This document shows positions 1 through 8,414 of a stretch of DNA of 32,000 nt, in pieces. Within the stretch, counting starts at the first letter, position 1. Each line of letters starts with the position of its first letter. Location: positions 330,001 to 362,000 of the forward strand of contig NZ_LN831039.1 of the NCBI RefSeq assembly GCF_001457595.1. The letters run 5' to 3'. The position numbers were made by a program, and so were the translations under genes. This stretch comes from Mycolicibacterium smegmatis. Its GTDB lineage: Bacteria > Actinomycetota > Actinomycetes > Mycobacteriales > Mycobacteriaceae. A model generated the notes under the pieces. It ran no database searches. It saw nothing but the letters and a program-made list of their open reading frames with translations, and was not told the DNA's origin.

Positions 1-674
1 GTCTCGAACGCCACGCGGTCACCGCGGTACAGGGCCCGCACCACCTCGATCGCGACGCCGTCGGTGTCGACCGAACACCGGTTGAGCAACAGCATCGGAA
101 GCGCCGTCGTGCATTCCAGCAGGGTGGCCTCCCGCGGCGTGGGCAGTGCGGTCTCGATGCGCTCGGTGGCCGACGCGAACTCGACGCCGGTGGCGCGGAT
201 GGCGGCGTACAGCGATGTCGCCGGGTCGAAGTCGTGCTCGAACCGGCCGAAGCGCGCTGCGGCCAGATAGGTGCTCTCCAGTCCGATGCGCTGATCGTCG
301 GCGAGCAGGACCCGCTCGAGGTGCAGTACCGGCGCGCCCGTCGCGATGTCGAGACCGGACGCGAGTTCGGTTGACGCCTCGATGATCTCGCGGGTGACCA
401 GCATGCGGCCGGGTGTGCGGCCGACGGTCTGCGCGCCTTCGGTGTAGGACTGCAGACTCAGTGCGTGCACCAGCTTGGGCCGTGCCACCACGGTGCCGCG
501 GCCGCGGCGTTCGATGCGGCCTGCGACCAGCAGTTCGTGCAAAGCCTGGCGCACGGTCTCGCGTGCCACCCCGAACCGCGCCGCGAGTTCGCGCTCCGCG
601 GGAACCGGATCGCCCTCCTGCAGGCCGGCCAGGGTGACATCGAGCGCGGTGCGGATGGTGTGCGCGAGTGTCAT
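1..674 (-). CDS. GntR/HutC-family transcriptional regulator with UTRA domain (3' end outside window)
   Basis: Reverse-strand reading from ATG at 674 gives MTLAHTIRTALDVTLAGLQEGDPVPAERELAARFGVARETVRQALHELLVAGRIERRGRGTVVARPK..., a typical GntR winged HTH; downstream ...LERVLLADDQRIGLESTYLAAARF... looks UTRA-like. Open to the window edge. Starts in an ATGA overlap with the upstream HD gene. Confidence 0.9.
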   Translation of the reverse strand, partial: MTLAHTIRTALDVTLAGLQEGDPVPAERELAARFGVARETVRQALHELLVAGRIERRGRGTVVARPKLVHALSLQSYTEGAQTVGRTPGRMLVTREIIEASTELASGLDIATGAPVLHLERVLLADDQRIGLESTYLAAARFGRFEHDFDPATSLYAAIRATGVEFASATERIETALPTPREATLLECTTALPMLLLNRCSVDTDGVAIEVVRALYRGDRVAFE

Positions 675-1198
675 CTGTCGGTCCCGGTGACCCTCGCGGC
701 GACGCGTGAGGCGATGGCGAGCACCTGCTCGACCGTCAGCCCCTGTGCGCGTGGATCTTTCGCGGCGTCGTCGTAGCGGCGCAGACGCACTGCGTCGGGA
801 AACCAGGGGTGGGCGACGGTGTCGGCGTCGACGCCGGGGCCGCCCTGGTGGTGCAGCGAGGTCAGCGACGTCTCGGACAACCGGTACTCGCGATCCGTCG
901 CGGCGAGGTAGCGCTTGGCCGCGACATGCGCTCCCGCGAGCCAGCCGACGCGCTCCCCGAACCGCTCGGTGAGCCAGTCCCGGGCGATGCGCTCGTGGCC
1001 GGGCACATGGGGCCCGCCGAGCAGGGGGCTGTGGGCGACGTCGTGCAGCGCCGCGGCGAGGACGAGTTCGTCGTCGGCGCCGTCCTCCTGCGCGCGGGCC
1101 GCGGCCTGCAGCGCGTGTTCGAGTTCGTCGACGGCTTCCTCGTCCCAAATCCCTTGCAGTGAACGGAGTATCCGGTCGACTTCGTTGAGAGCATGCAT
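671..1198 (-). CDS. HD-domain protein of the PhnZ / phosphonate-degradation-associated family (putative mixed-valent diiron oxygenase)
   Basis: MHALNEVDRILRSLQG...DELEHALQAAARAQEDGADDELVLAAALHDVAHSPLL...HERIARDWL...GAHVAAKRYL...LSETSLTSLHHQGGP...LRRYDDAAKDP: HD motif plus H/K/D positions typical of PhnZ-like proteins. The track's TTG start at 1216 would overlap the operator; ATG at 1198 is preferred. Confidence 0.82.
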   Translation of the reverse strand: MHALNEVDRILRSLQGIWDEEAVDELEHALQAAARAQEDGADDELVLAAALHDVAHSPLLGGPHVPGHERIARDWLTERFGERVGWLAGAHVAAKRYLAATDREYRLSETSLTSLHHQGGPGVDADTVAHPWFPDAVRLRRYDDAAKDPRAQGLTVEQVLAIASRVAARVTGTDR

Positions 1199-1215
1199 GG
1201 GCAGAGCGTAGCCCA

Positions 1216-1233
1216 AATTGGTCTATACCAATT
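1216..1233. promoter_or_regulatory. Perfect inverted repeat AATTGGT-CTAT-ACCAATT, GntR/HutC (PhnF-like) operator
   Basis: 7-bp arms, 4-bp spacer. The reverse strand contains TGGTATAGACCA, the M. smegmatis PhnF operator sequence as recalled. Lies between the divergent HD/GntR operon and the FAD oxidoreductase. Confidence 0.8.
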
Positions 1234-1307
1234 CTTAACCTGTTGTTCGGGCCACCAACACCTGCGCGTGGGGATCCGGACGTCGAGAGGCCGCAGGGTC
1301 TGATGCC

Positions 1308-2423
1308 ATGCGGGTGACAATCATCGGTGGCGGCATCCTCGGGACCGCGCATGCGGTCGAAGCCGTACGGCGCGGACATCGCGTCGTGCACCTCGAGCGG
1401 GAAGCCGAGGCGCGGGGCGCGACCGTGCGCAACTTCGGGCTCGTCTGGATCTCCGGACGGTCCACGGCCGAACTCGACGCGACCCTGCGCTCACGCGAAC
1501 TGTGGGAGAAACTCGCCGTTGACGTTCCCGGGATCGGGTTCCGTCCCGCCGGATCCATCACGCTGGTGCGCACCCCGGCCGAGTTGGCCGTCGCACAGGA
1601 GGCGGCGACCCGGTCCGATGCGGGGCACCGCGGTTTCACGCTGCTCGAACCGGACGAGGTGCGCGAGCTCAACCCGGCGCTGCGCGGACGTTTCCTCGGC
1701 GGCCTGCACTGTGCGCTCGATGCGGCCGTGGAATCACGTCAGGCTCTGCCCGCGATCCGCGAACACCTCACTGCCAGTGGACGATACGAGTTCGTCGCGG
1801 GTGTCGAGGCCCGCGGTGTCGAGAACCGCACCGTTCGTGACGACCGCGGCAACCGCCACGAATCCGACATCGTCCTGGTGTGCGCCGGGGCCGCTCACGG
1901 CGGTCTGGTCCGCGACCTCGCCGGTGAACTGCCCGTGCGGCGCGTCCGGTTGCAGATGATGCAGACCGAACCGCTCGGTGAGCGGCTCACCACGGCCATC
2001 GCCGACGCCGACAGCTTCCGCTACTACCCGGGATTCGCCGGGCCCGCGCTGAACACGCTGCGCGACAATCAACCTCAGCATCGGGTCGCCGACGGGCAGC
2101 ACATGCAACTGCTGTGCGTGCAACGCCTGCACGGCGGGCTGACGATCGGTGACACCCACGAGTACACCGAACCGTTCGGCTTCGACGTCCACGAGGAGCC
2201 TTACACCTACCTCCTCGACGTGGTCGAGGAGTTCCTGGGACGCAAGCTGCCGCCGATCCGGCAGCGCTGGGCCGGCGTCTACAGCCAGTGCCTGGACCCC
2301 GAACAGCTCGTGTGCCGCACCGCGCCCGAGGACGATATCTGGGTGATCACCGGCCCGGGTGGGCGCGGTATGACGCTGGGACCGGCCATCGCCGAGCAGA
2401 CCGCCGACATGATCGGGCTGTAG
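1308..2423 (+). CDS. FAD-dependent oxidoreductase (DAO/TIGR03364-like, phosphonate-locus associated)
   Basis: ATG start; MRVTIIGGGILGTAHAVEAVRRGHRVVHLERE dinucleotide-binding motif; C-terminal WVITGPGGRGMTLGPAIAEQTADMIGL typical of glycine-oxidase-type enzymes. Confidence 0.87.
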   Translation: MRVTIIGGGILGTAHAVEAVRRGHRVVHLEREAEARGATVRNFGLVWISGRSTAELDATLRSRELWEKLAVDVPGIGFRPAGSITLVRTPAELAVAQEAATRSDAGHRGFTLLEPDEVRELNPALRGRFLGGLHCALDAAVESRQALPAIREHLTASGRYEFVAGVEARGVENRTVRDDRGNRHESDIVLVCAGAAHGGLVRDLAGELPVRRVRLQMMQTEPLGERLTTAIADADSFRYYPGFAGPALNTLRDNQPQHRVADGQHMQLLCVQRLHGGLTIGDTHEYTEPFGFDVHEEPYTYLLDVVEEFLGRKLPPIRQRWAGVYSQCLDPEQLVCRTAPEDDIWVITGPGGRGMTLGPAIAEQTADMIGL

Positions 2424-2442
2424 GGACGAACCGGAACCCGGA

Positions 2443-2467
2443 GTGAACAACTTGGCGAAGTTGTCAC
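2443..2467. repeat. Imperfect inverted repeat GTGAACAACTT-GGCG-AAGTTGTCAC
   Basis: 7 contiguous pairs ACAACTT/AAGTTGT, extended by GTGA/(T)CAC with one bulged base; located 33-57 bp upstream of the 2501 ATG. Confidence 0.45.
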
Positions 2468-2500
2468 CTCAGGGAGGTTACCGCGCGGTACGCTCGCGCC

Positions 2501-3715
2501 ATGACGGCACGACGGACCGAAGGTCCCAGCCTGGCAGCGCGCGCCAGATGGTTGCTGCGCGCCAAACCCGCAGACCACATGCTGGCACTGAGTGAATGTG
2601 CGGCTTCGCTACCGGTGATCGGCAAGCATTTCGAACCGCTCGGCTCCATGACCGCCATGAGCATATGGGGACTGCGGCACCTCCCCGACTTCGTCGCCGC
2701 ATCGGCGAAGAGCCGGCTGGCGCCCGGCGCGGCCGCGATGCGGCGTGAGGAACGCGAGCAGACCACGGCCGCGGCCGTCGCGGCACTGCGCAATGTCGTC
2801 CCACCCGCCGAGCTCGCGGCCGAATGGCCTGCGCCCCAGAACCTGCCCCCGCTGTGGAACGTGTTGGAGCACCGGCGCAGCGTCTACCGCACGTCGGTGC
2901 GGTACGGCGACGACCCGGCGCAGTTGCTCGACGTCTGGCGGCCCAAGGAACTGCCCGCGCAGCCGGCCCCGGTGCTGCTGTTCGTCCCCGGGGGCGCGTG
3001 GGTGCACGGCAGCCGGGTACTGCAGGGCTACGCGCTCATGTCGCACCTGGCGCAGCAGGGGTGGGTCTGCCTGTCGGTCGACTACCGGGTTTCCCCGCAC
3101 CACCGCTGGCCCCGCCACATCCACGACGTCAAGGCCGCGATCGCGTGGGCACGCGCCAACGTCGACAAGTTCGGCGGCGACCGGCACTTCATCGCGATCG
3201 CGGGCTGCTCGGCGGGCGGACACCTGGCCGCGCTCGCGGGCCTCACGCCCAATCACCCCGAACTGCAGGGCGACCTCCCCGACGGCGCCGATACGTCGGT
3301 CGACGCGGTCGTGGGCATCTACGGGCGCTACGACTGGGAGGACCGTTCGACGGTCGAACGTGAGCGGTTCGTCGATTTCCTCGAGCGCGTCGTCGTCAAA
3401 CGGTCCATCGAGCGGCATCCCGAGATCTTCCGCCTGGCTTCGCCGATCGCGCAGGTCCATGCCGACGCGCCGCCGTTTTTGGTCGTGCACGGCTCGGCCG
3501 ACACCGTCATCCCCGTCGCGCAGGCACGCAGCTTCGTCGACCGTCTCGGTGCGGCATCGCGCGCTCCCGTCAGCTATCTTGAGCTGCCCGGGGCCGGACA
3601 CGGCTTCGACATGACCGACGGCGCCAGAACCGGGGCCATGGCCACGGCGATTGGGCTCTTCCTCAAGGAGATTCACCGAAATCGAACGCGCAACACAGCA
3701 AAAGCGGTTATATAG
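2501..3715 (+). CDS. alpha/beta hydrolase / esterase (LipO-like)
   Basis: VPGGAW oxyanion region, GCSAGGH nucleophile elbow, HGSADTVIP (Asp) and GAGHGFD (His); full-length similarity by eye to the 16753-17964 product. Confidence 0.88.
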   Translation: MTARRTEGPSLAARARWLLRAKPADHMLALSECAASLPVIGKHFEPLGSMTAMSIWGLRHLPDFVAASAKSRLAPGAAAMRREEREQTTAAAVAALRNVVPPAELAAEWPAPQNLPPLWNVLEHRRSVYRTSVRYGDDPAQLLDVWRPKELPAQPAPVLLFVPGGAWVHGSRVLQGYALMSHLAQQGWVCLSVDYRVSPHHRWPRHIHDVKAAIAWARANVDKFGGDRHFIAIAGCSAGGHLAALAGLTPNHPELQGDLPDGADTSVDAVVGIYGRYDWEDRSTVERERFVDFLERVVVKRSIERHPEIFRLASPIAQVHADAPPFLVVHGSADTVIPVAQARSFVDRLGAASRAPVSYLELPGAGHGFDMTDGARTGAMATAIGLFLKEIHRNRTRNTAKAVI

Positions 3716-3739
3716 ACACCTCCGCGGGGGAGGTGTGGC

Positions 3740-5158
3740 ATGCAACGGTTGAGCGGGTGGGACGCGTTCCTGCTGTACAGCGAGACCCCCAACGTGCACA
3801 TGCACACGTTGAAGATCGCGATCATCGACCTCGAAGGCATCGGTGACCGCACGTTCGGTGTCGAGGATTTCCGCAAGGTGCTCCGCGGGCGGCTGCACAA
3901 GCTCGACCCGTTCCGGTTCCAGCTCGTCGACATTCCGTTCAAGTTCCACCACCCGATGTGGCGCGAGAACTGCGACGTCGACCTCGAATACCACGTGCGG
4001 CCCTGGCAGGTGCGCGCGCCGGGCGGGCGCCGCGAACTCGACGAGGCAATCGGGGAGATTGCCGGCACGCCGCTGGACCGCAGCAGGCCGCTGTGGGAGA
4101 TGTACTTCGTGGAGGGCCTCGCGGGCGGCCGCATCGCGGTGGTCAACAAGATCCACCACGCACTGGCAGACGGTATCGCGTCGGCCAACCTGCTGGCCCG
4201 TGGCATGGATCTGCGGGAAGGCCCGCAACGCGACCGCGACTCCTATGTCACCGACCCCGAACCCTCCAAGGGTGAGCTCGTGCGGACCGCGTTCGCCGAC
4301 CACATGCGCCAGATCGGGCGGATTCCCGCGACGATCCGTTACACCGCGCAGGGCGTGGCGCGCGTGCGCCGAAGCAGCCGCAAGCTCTCCCCGGAACTCA
4401 CGCGTCCGTTCACGCCGCCGCCGAGCTTCATCAACCACATGATCACGTCGAAGCGCAAATTCGCGACAGCGACCATCGCGCTCGCCGATGCGAAGGAGAC
4501 CAGCAAGAAGCTGGGGATCACGCTCAACGATCTGGTGCTGGCGATGTCCTCGGGTGCGTTGCGCACGCTGCAGCTCCGCTACGACGGCCGCGCCGATCAC
4601 CCGCTGCTGGCGTCGGTGCCGATGAGCTTCGATTTCTCACCGGATCGTATCTGGGGCAACAGGTTCAGCGGTGTGCTGGTGGCCCTGCCCGTCGACGTCG
4701 CCGACACCGGCGAACGGGTGCGCCGCACGCGCGAGGCCGCGAACCTCGCCAAGGAGAGCCATCAGCTCATCGGCCCCGAACTCGTCGCGCGCTGGGCCGC
4801 GTACATGCCGCCCGCGCCGGTCGAGGCGTTGTTCAAGCGCCTGTCCAGCAAGGACGGGCAGAACAAGGTGCTCAACCTCAACATCTCGAACGTCCCGGGC
4901 CCCCGTGAACGCGGCAAGGTGGGCGGCGCGACGGTGACCGAGCTGTACTCGGTGGGGCCGATCACCGCGGGCAGCGGTTTGAACATCACGGTGTGGAGTT
5001 ACGTCGATCAGCTCAACATCTCGGTGATCTCCGACGACGCCACCGTAGACGATCCGCACGAGGTGACCGACGCCATGCTTGACGAGTTCCGCGAGATCCG
5101 CAGGACCGCAGGGCTTTCCGAGAAGCTGACCGTGGTCGAGACCGCGATGCCGCAGTAG
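3740..5158 (+). CDS. WS/DGAT-family wax ester synthase / diacylglycerol acyltransferase (Rv1425-like)
   Basis: Contains the HHxxxDG motif (NKIHHALADG), LDRSRPLWEMYFVEGL, and C-terminal NISNVPGPRERG. Confidence 0.93.
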   Translation: MQRLSGWDAFLLYSETPNVHMHTLKIAIIDLEGIGDRTFGVEDFRKVLRGRLHKLDPFRFQLVDIPFKFHHPMWRENCDVDLEYHVRPWQVRAPGGRRELDEAIGEIAGTPLDRSRPLWEMYFVEGLAGGRIAVVNKIHHALADGIASANLLARGMDLREGPQRDRDSYVTDPEPSKGELVRTAFADHMRQIGRIPATIRYTAQGVARVRRSSRKLSPELTRPFTPPPSFINHMITSKRKFATATIALADAKETSKKLGITLNDLVLAMSSGALRTLQLRYDGRADHPLLASVPMSFDFSPDRIWGNRFSGVLVALPVDVADTGERVRRTREAANLAKESHQLIGPELVARWAAYMPPAPVEALFKRLSSKDGQNKVLNLNISNVPGPRERGKVGGATVTELYSVGPITAGSGLNITVWSYVDQLNISVISDDATVDDPHEVTDAMLDEFREIRRTAGLSEKLTVVETAMPQ

Positions 5159-5160
5159 GT

Positions 5161-6006
5161 TCAGCGGATCGGTTCGTCGCCGAGCACGGTGGTGCGCAGC
5201 ATGTGCCGCGGCGAGTCGGGCTCGTACGGTGCGGCGCGGTGCAGCACGCCCTGGTTGTCCCAGATGACGGTGTCGCCGACGGACCATTTGTGGCTGTACA
5301 CCTTGTCGGGCGTGGTGGTGCGGGCCAGCAGTCCGTCGAGCAGGGCGCGGCCCTCGTCACGGTCCATGCCGACGATGTGATCCGCGGATGCGCCCAGCAC
5401 CAACGACTTCCGCCCGTTGCGGTGCGTCCACACCAGCGGGTTCTCGTGTGTCGGGCGCGCGGCCCACCGCCTGCGCTGCTCGGCTGTCGGGTCGGGATAG
5501 ACCCGTCGCTGCGAGGCCTCCAGCGAGTGGACGACGCGTAACCGGGCGTAGCGCTGCTTCTCGTCGGCGTCGAGGGACTCGTAGGCCGCGTAGGCGTTGG
5601 CGAACTCGGTCTCCCCGCCGCGCGCGGCGACCTCGATCGCGGACAGCACTGTGGCCTTCTGCGGGCACTCGTCGTTCAGTGGTGTGCAACCGTCGATGTG
5701 CCAGTCGAACGTGGCCTTGAGGTACTCGGCGGCCTTGTTCTTGGTCTGGTCGAGTGTGATCGGGTAGATGCCCGACACCGGGTGATGGCCGTCGGCGGAC
5801 CGGTCGACCTCACCGAGACGCTGCGAGAATGCCACCTGCGCTTCGGGTTCCAGGTACAAACCGCGGAACACCAGCACGCCGTTGTCCTCGAGCGCGTCGA
5901 GCACGGCCGCGGCGATACCGTCGTCGGTGGCCAGCCGTTCGGAATCGATGCCGACCACCTCGGCACCCACCGAGGCGGTCAGTTTGTTGATGGTCAGCAC
6001 GCTCAT
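5161..6006 (-). CDS. TauD/TfdA-family Fe(II)/2-oxoglutarate-dependent dioxygenase
   Basis: MSVLTINKLTASVGAEVVGID...GVLVFRGL...WHIDG (HxD)...VIWDNQGVLHRAAPYEPDSPRHMLRTTVLG (distal His and Arg). Confidence 0.88.
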   Translation of the reverse strand: MSVLTINKLTASVGAEVVGIDSERLATDDGIAAAVLDALEDNGVLVFRGLYLEPEAQVAFSQRLGEVDRSADGHHPVSGIYPITLDQTKNKAAEYLKATFDWHIDGCTPLNDECPQKATVLSAIEVAARGGETEFANAYAAYESLDADEKQRYARLRVVHSLEASQRRVYPDPTAEQRRRWAARPTHENPLVWTHRNGRKSLVLGASADHIVGMDRDEGRALLDGLLARTTTPDKVYSHKWSVGDTVIWDNQGVLHRAAPYEPDSPRHMLRTTVLGDEPIR

Positions 6007-6034
6007 CGGCGCGTCCTTTCGGGTTCGGTACAGC

Positions 6035-6364
6035 TCAAGGCGTGGGCTCCCCGGTGCGCACCATGACGGCGTCGGCCGCGTCGACCGGCGCCGGTTGGTG
6101 CATGATCTCGACCGCCATCGCGACCATGATCAGCGAGTAGATCAGGTGCAGAAGATTGACGGCGTCGTCGGGCATGTCGTCGAGCGGGTACTTGTCGCAG
6201 TACTCGATCGCCTCTTCGAGGCGTGGAAAGAACGCGTCGTAGAAGTCGTGCAGTTGCGGCATGGAGCTGCTCACCCGCCGCTCCCACCGCGCGGTTTCGG
6301 TTGCCAGGCACCAGGTCTCGGCGTAGGGCTCGAGCTCGGCGAAGGCACTGGGGAGACGCGCCAC
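6035..6364 (-). CDS. Small conserved protein (~109 aa), Rieske-oxygenase-associated, function unknown (copy 1)
   Basis: GTG start 1 nt after the Rieske stop; strongly similar to the 11288-11629 product (WCLA.E..R...R, FYDA..PR.EEAI.YCDK.PLDD.P.D..NLLHL.YS). Confidence 0.85.
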   Translation of the reverse strand: MARLPSAFAELEPYAETWCLATETARWERRVSSSMPQLHDFYDAFFPRLEEAIEYCDKYPLDDMPDDAVNLLHLIYSLIMVAMAVEIMHQPAPVDAADAVMVRTGEPTP

Positions 6365-6365
6365 G

Positions 6366-7631
6366 TCACACCCCCGCCGGTGCGGGCTCGCGCTGGTACG
6401 CCTCGACCCAGTCGACCGCGACCTTGTGCAGGTGACGCACCAGGATCTCCTGGTCGTTGAGCGGGTAGTCGTCGATGACGTCGTATTCGAGTGCGGCCTG
6501 GGTGCCGCCCAGCATCCCGGCGTCCTGCAGCGCGAACTCCTTGAGGACCACCGCGGCCACCTCGTGCTCGATGCGTTCGCGCACGGTGCGCGCCGGGTGG
6601 AAATAGGTGAACGCCTCGTAGCGGTGTGTGTTGTGCGACGTCGGCCAGTACCGGTAGAGCAGGTACCAGCCTCCGTAGATCAGGATCTCGATGTTCGGGA
6701 AAATCTGGAAGTTGCTGATGCCCCACGGTTCGATACCGCCCGGGTTGAGCCCGGTGGGCAGCTTCCCGATGTCCGGTGTGCGCCAGGGACCCACGAGACC
6801 GCTCTGGGTGGCCCGTTCGATCGGGTACATGTACTCAGGAGCGAGCAGCCAGCGACGGGTTCCCGCCGTGGACACCAGGCGGTGCGGTCCGTCGATCTGG
6901 AAATGTCCACAGGTGAAGCCCGCGTTGGGGTCCCGGACCTCGGGTGGCACCTGCTGGGTGTGCAGCGACGGGACGTGGTAATACTCCTGGAACGCGTCGG
7001 CGAAGATCTTCCAGTTGCTGTTGTTGTGCGCGACCCAGTCGTAGCGTTCGGTGAGTTTCTCGAAGGGGTAGTCGTCGAGTCCGGTCACCATGGGACCGAG
7101 GAACTCCCGAAGGCTCTGGCGCGGGGTGGTGTCGAAGTTCACGAACACGAACCCGGCCCACACGTCGCAGTGCACCTCTGCCAGACCGAGCTCGGTCGCG
7201 TCGAAGCCGGTGAACCGGTCGGCGTCGGGTGCGGCGATCAGCGACCCGTCGAGGCCGTAACGCCATCCACAGTGCCCGCACGCGAATTCGGTTCCGGTGT
7301 TGCGCAGTTCGGTCGCGCGGAAGTCGGGTGCGGCGACGGTGTGTCCGCGGCGCCTGCAGACGTTGTGGAACGCGCGGATCCGGCCGTCGGCGCCCTTGAC
7401 CAGCAGCAGCGACGCATCGGCGGCCTCGACCCGGCGCGTGATGTAGCTGCCCGCGTCGGGCGTCTCCTCGACGCGGCTGATGTTGAGCCAGGCGCGCTTG
7501 AAGATCGCCTCGCGCTCCAAGGCGTAGAACTCGCGGGAGGTGGAGTCGCGGAACGAGATCGGTCCGGTGCCCAGTTCTGGATAGTGCTCGGTCCAGGACC
7601 CTTCGGCCGGTTTGGGCCACTTGGTCGCCAT
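6366..7631 (-). CDS. Rieske-type aromatic ring-hydroxylating oxygenase alpha subunit, with non-canonical Rieske motif
   Basis: MATKWPKPAEGSWTEHYPELGTGP...AIFKRAWLNISRVE...FHNVCRRRGH-(n)-FACGHCGWRYGLDG; mononuclear-iron region NWKIFADAFQEYYHVPSLH. Confidence 0.92.
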   Translation of the reverse strand: MATKWPKPAEGSWTEHYPELGTGPISFRDSTSREFYALEREAIFKRAWLNISRVEETPDAGSYITRRVEAADASLLLVKGADGRIRAFHNVCRRRGHTVAAPDFRATELRNTGTEFACGHCGWRYGLDGSLIAAPDADRFTGFDATELGLAEVHCDVWAGFVFVNFDTTPRQSLREFLGPMVTGLDDYPFEKLTERYDWVAHNNSNWKIFADAFQEYYHVPSLHTQQVPPEVRDPNAGFTCGHFQIDGPHRLVSTAGTRRWLLAPEYMYPIERATQSGLVGPWRTPDIGKLPTGLNPGGIEPWGISNFQIFPNIEILIYGGWYLLYRYWPTSHNTHRYEAFTYFHPARTVRERIEHEVAAVVLKEFALQDAGMLGGTQAALEYDVIDDYPLNDQEILVRHLHKVAVDWVEAYQREPAPAGV

Positions 7632-7670
7632 GTGAACCTCCGTGTGCGTGGGTGGATGGGATAGCGCGTG

Positions 7671-8414
7671 TCACATGACCGAGCCGCCGTTGACGCCGAG
7701 GGTCTGCCCCGTGATGAAGCCGGCCTCTTCCGAGCACAGGAATCCCACTGCCGCGGCGATGTCGGCCGGTGCGCCGAGCCTGCCGAGCGGGATGTTGGCG
7801 GCGATGGTTTCGTTGGGCGGAAGGTACCCCGCGGCCTGCGATGCGTGCTGCATGGGCGTCTCGATACCCGACGGTGGAATGTTGTTCACCGTGATGCCGT
7901 GCTTGGCGTATTCGCGCGCAAGGGATTTGGTCAACGTCAACAGCGCGCCCTTGGATGCCGCGTAGTGCGCGGCGAAGGGCGTTCCGCGCTGCGCGCTGGA
8001 CGACGAGATCAGCACGATGCGGCCCCAGCCGGCGTCCACCATGTCGGGCAGCGCGACCTGACAGCACCGGAACGTGCCGCTGAGGTTCACGTCGATCATC
8101 TGTGCCCACGACTGTTCGGTGATGTCGGCGAACGACGCGTAGCCGAACATGCCCGCGCTGGTGACCAGGATGCCGACGGCGCCCAGCTCGCTGCGCACCT
8201 TGGCGAATGCCTCCTCGACCGCGGCACGGTCGGTCACATCGGCGCCTACCGCGAACGCGGTCACGCCCTCGGATCGGAGATGGTCGGTGACGCGTTGTGC
8301 GGCATCGACATCGACGTCGAGCACCGCGACCTTGTGGCCGCGCCTGCCGAGTTCGTGGCAGGTCGCCTCACCCATGCCCGACGCGCCACCGGTCACCACC
8401 GCCACCCGGTTCAT
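7671..8414 (-). CDS. Short-chain dehydrogenase/reductase
   Basis: MNRVAVVTGGASGMGEATCHELG (TGxxxGxG), YAASK catalytic motif, C-terminal EEAGFITGQTLGVNGGSVM. Start at 8414 gives an ATGA overlap with the reductase; the longer track start 8558 is an upstream extension. Confidence 0.92.
   Translation of the reverse strand: MNRVAVVTGGASGMGEATCHELGRRGHKVAVLDVDVDAAQRVTDHLRSEGVTAFAVGADVTDRAAVEEAFAKVRSELGAVGILVTSAGMFGYASFADITEQSWAQMIDVNLSGTFRCCQVALPDMVDAGWGRIVLISSSSAQRGTPFAAHYAASKGALLTLTKSLAREYAKHGITVNNIPPSGIETPMQHASQAAGYLPPNETIAANIPLGRLGAPADIAAAVGFLCSEEAGFITGQTLGVNGGSVM

Noticed and set aside
1230-1252. AACCTGTT resembling a KstR core near 1237
   Set aside because: Flanking T and A positions of TnnAACnnGTTnnA are absent and the locus already has a good GntR-type operator.
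2479-2490. 12-bp palindrome TACCGCGCGGTA upstream of 2501
   Set aside because: Mostly GC palindrome of a length easily reached by chance in this composition; no second copy noticed.
2609-4600. 663-aa minus-strand ORF
   Set aside because: Antisense to the LipO-like hydrolase and WS/DGAT, both with clear motifs; no recognisable domain.
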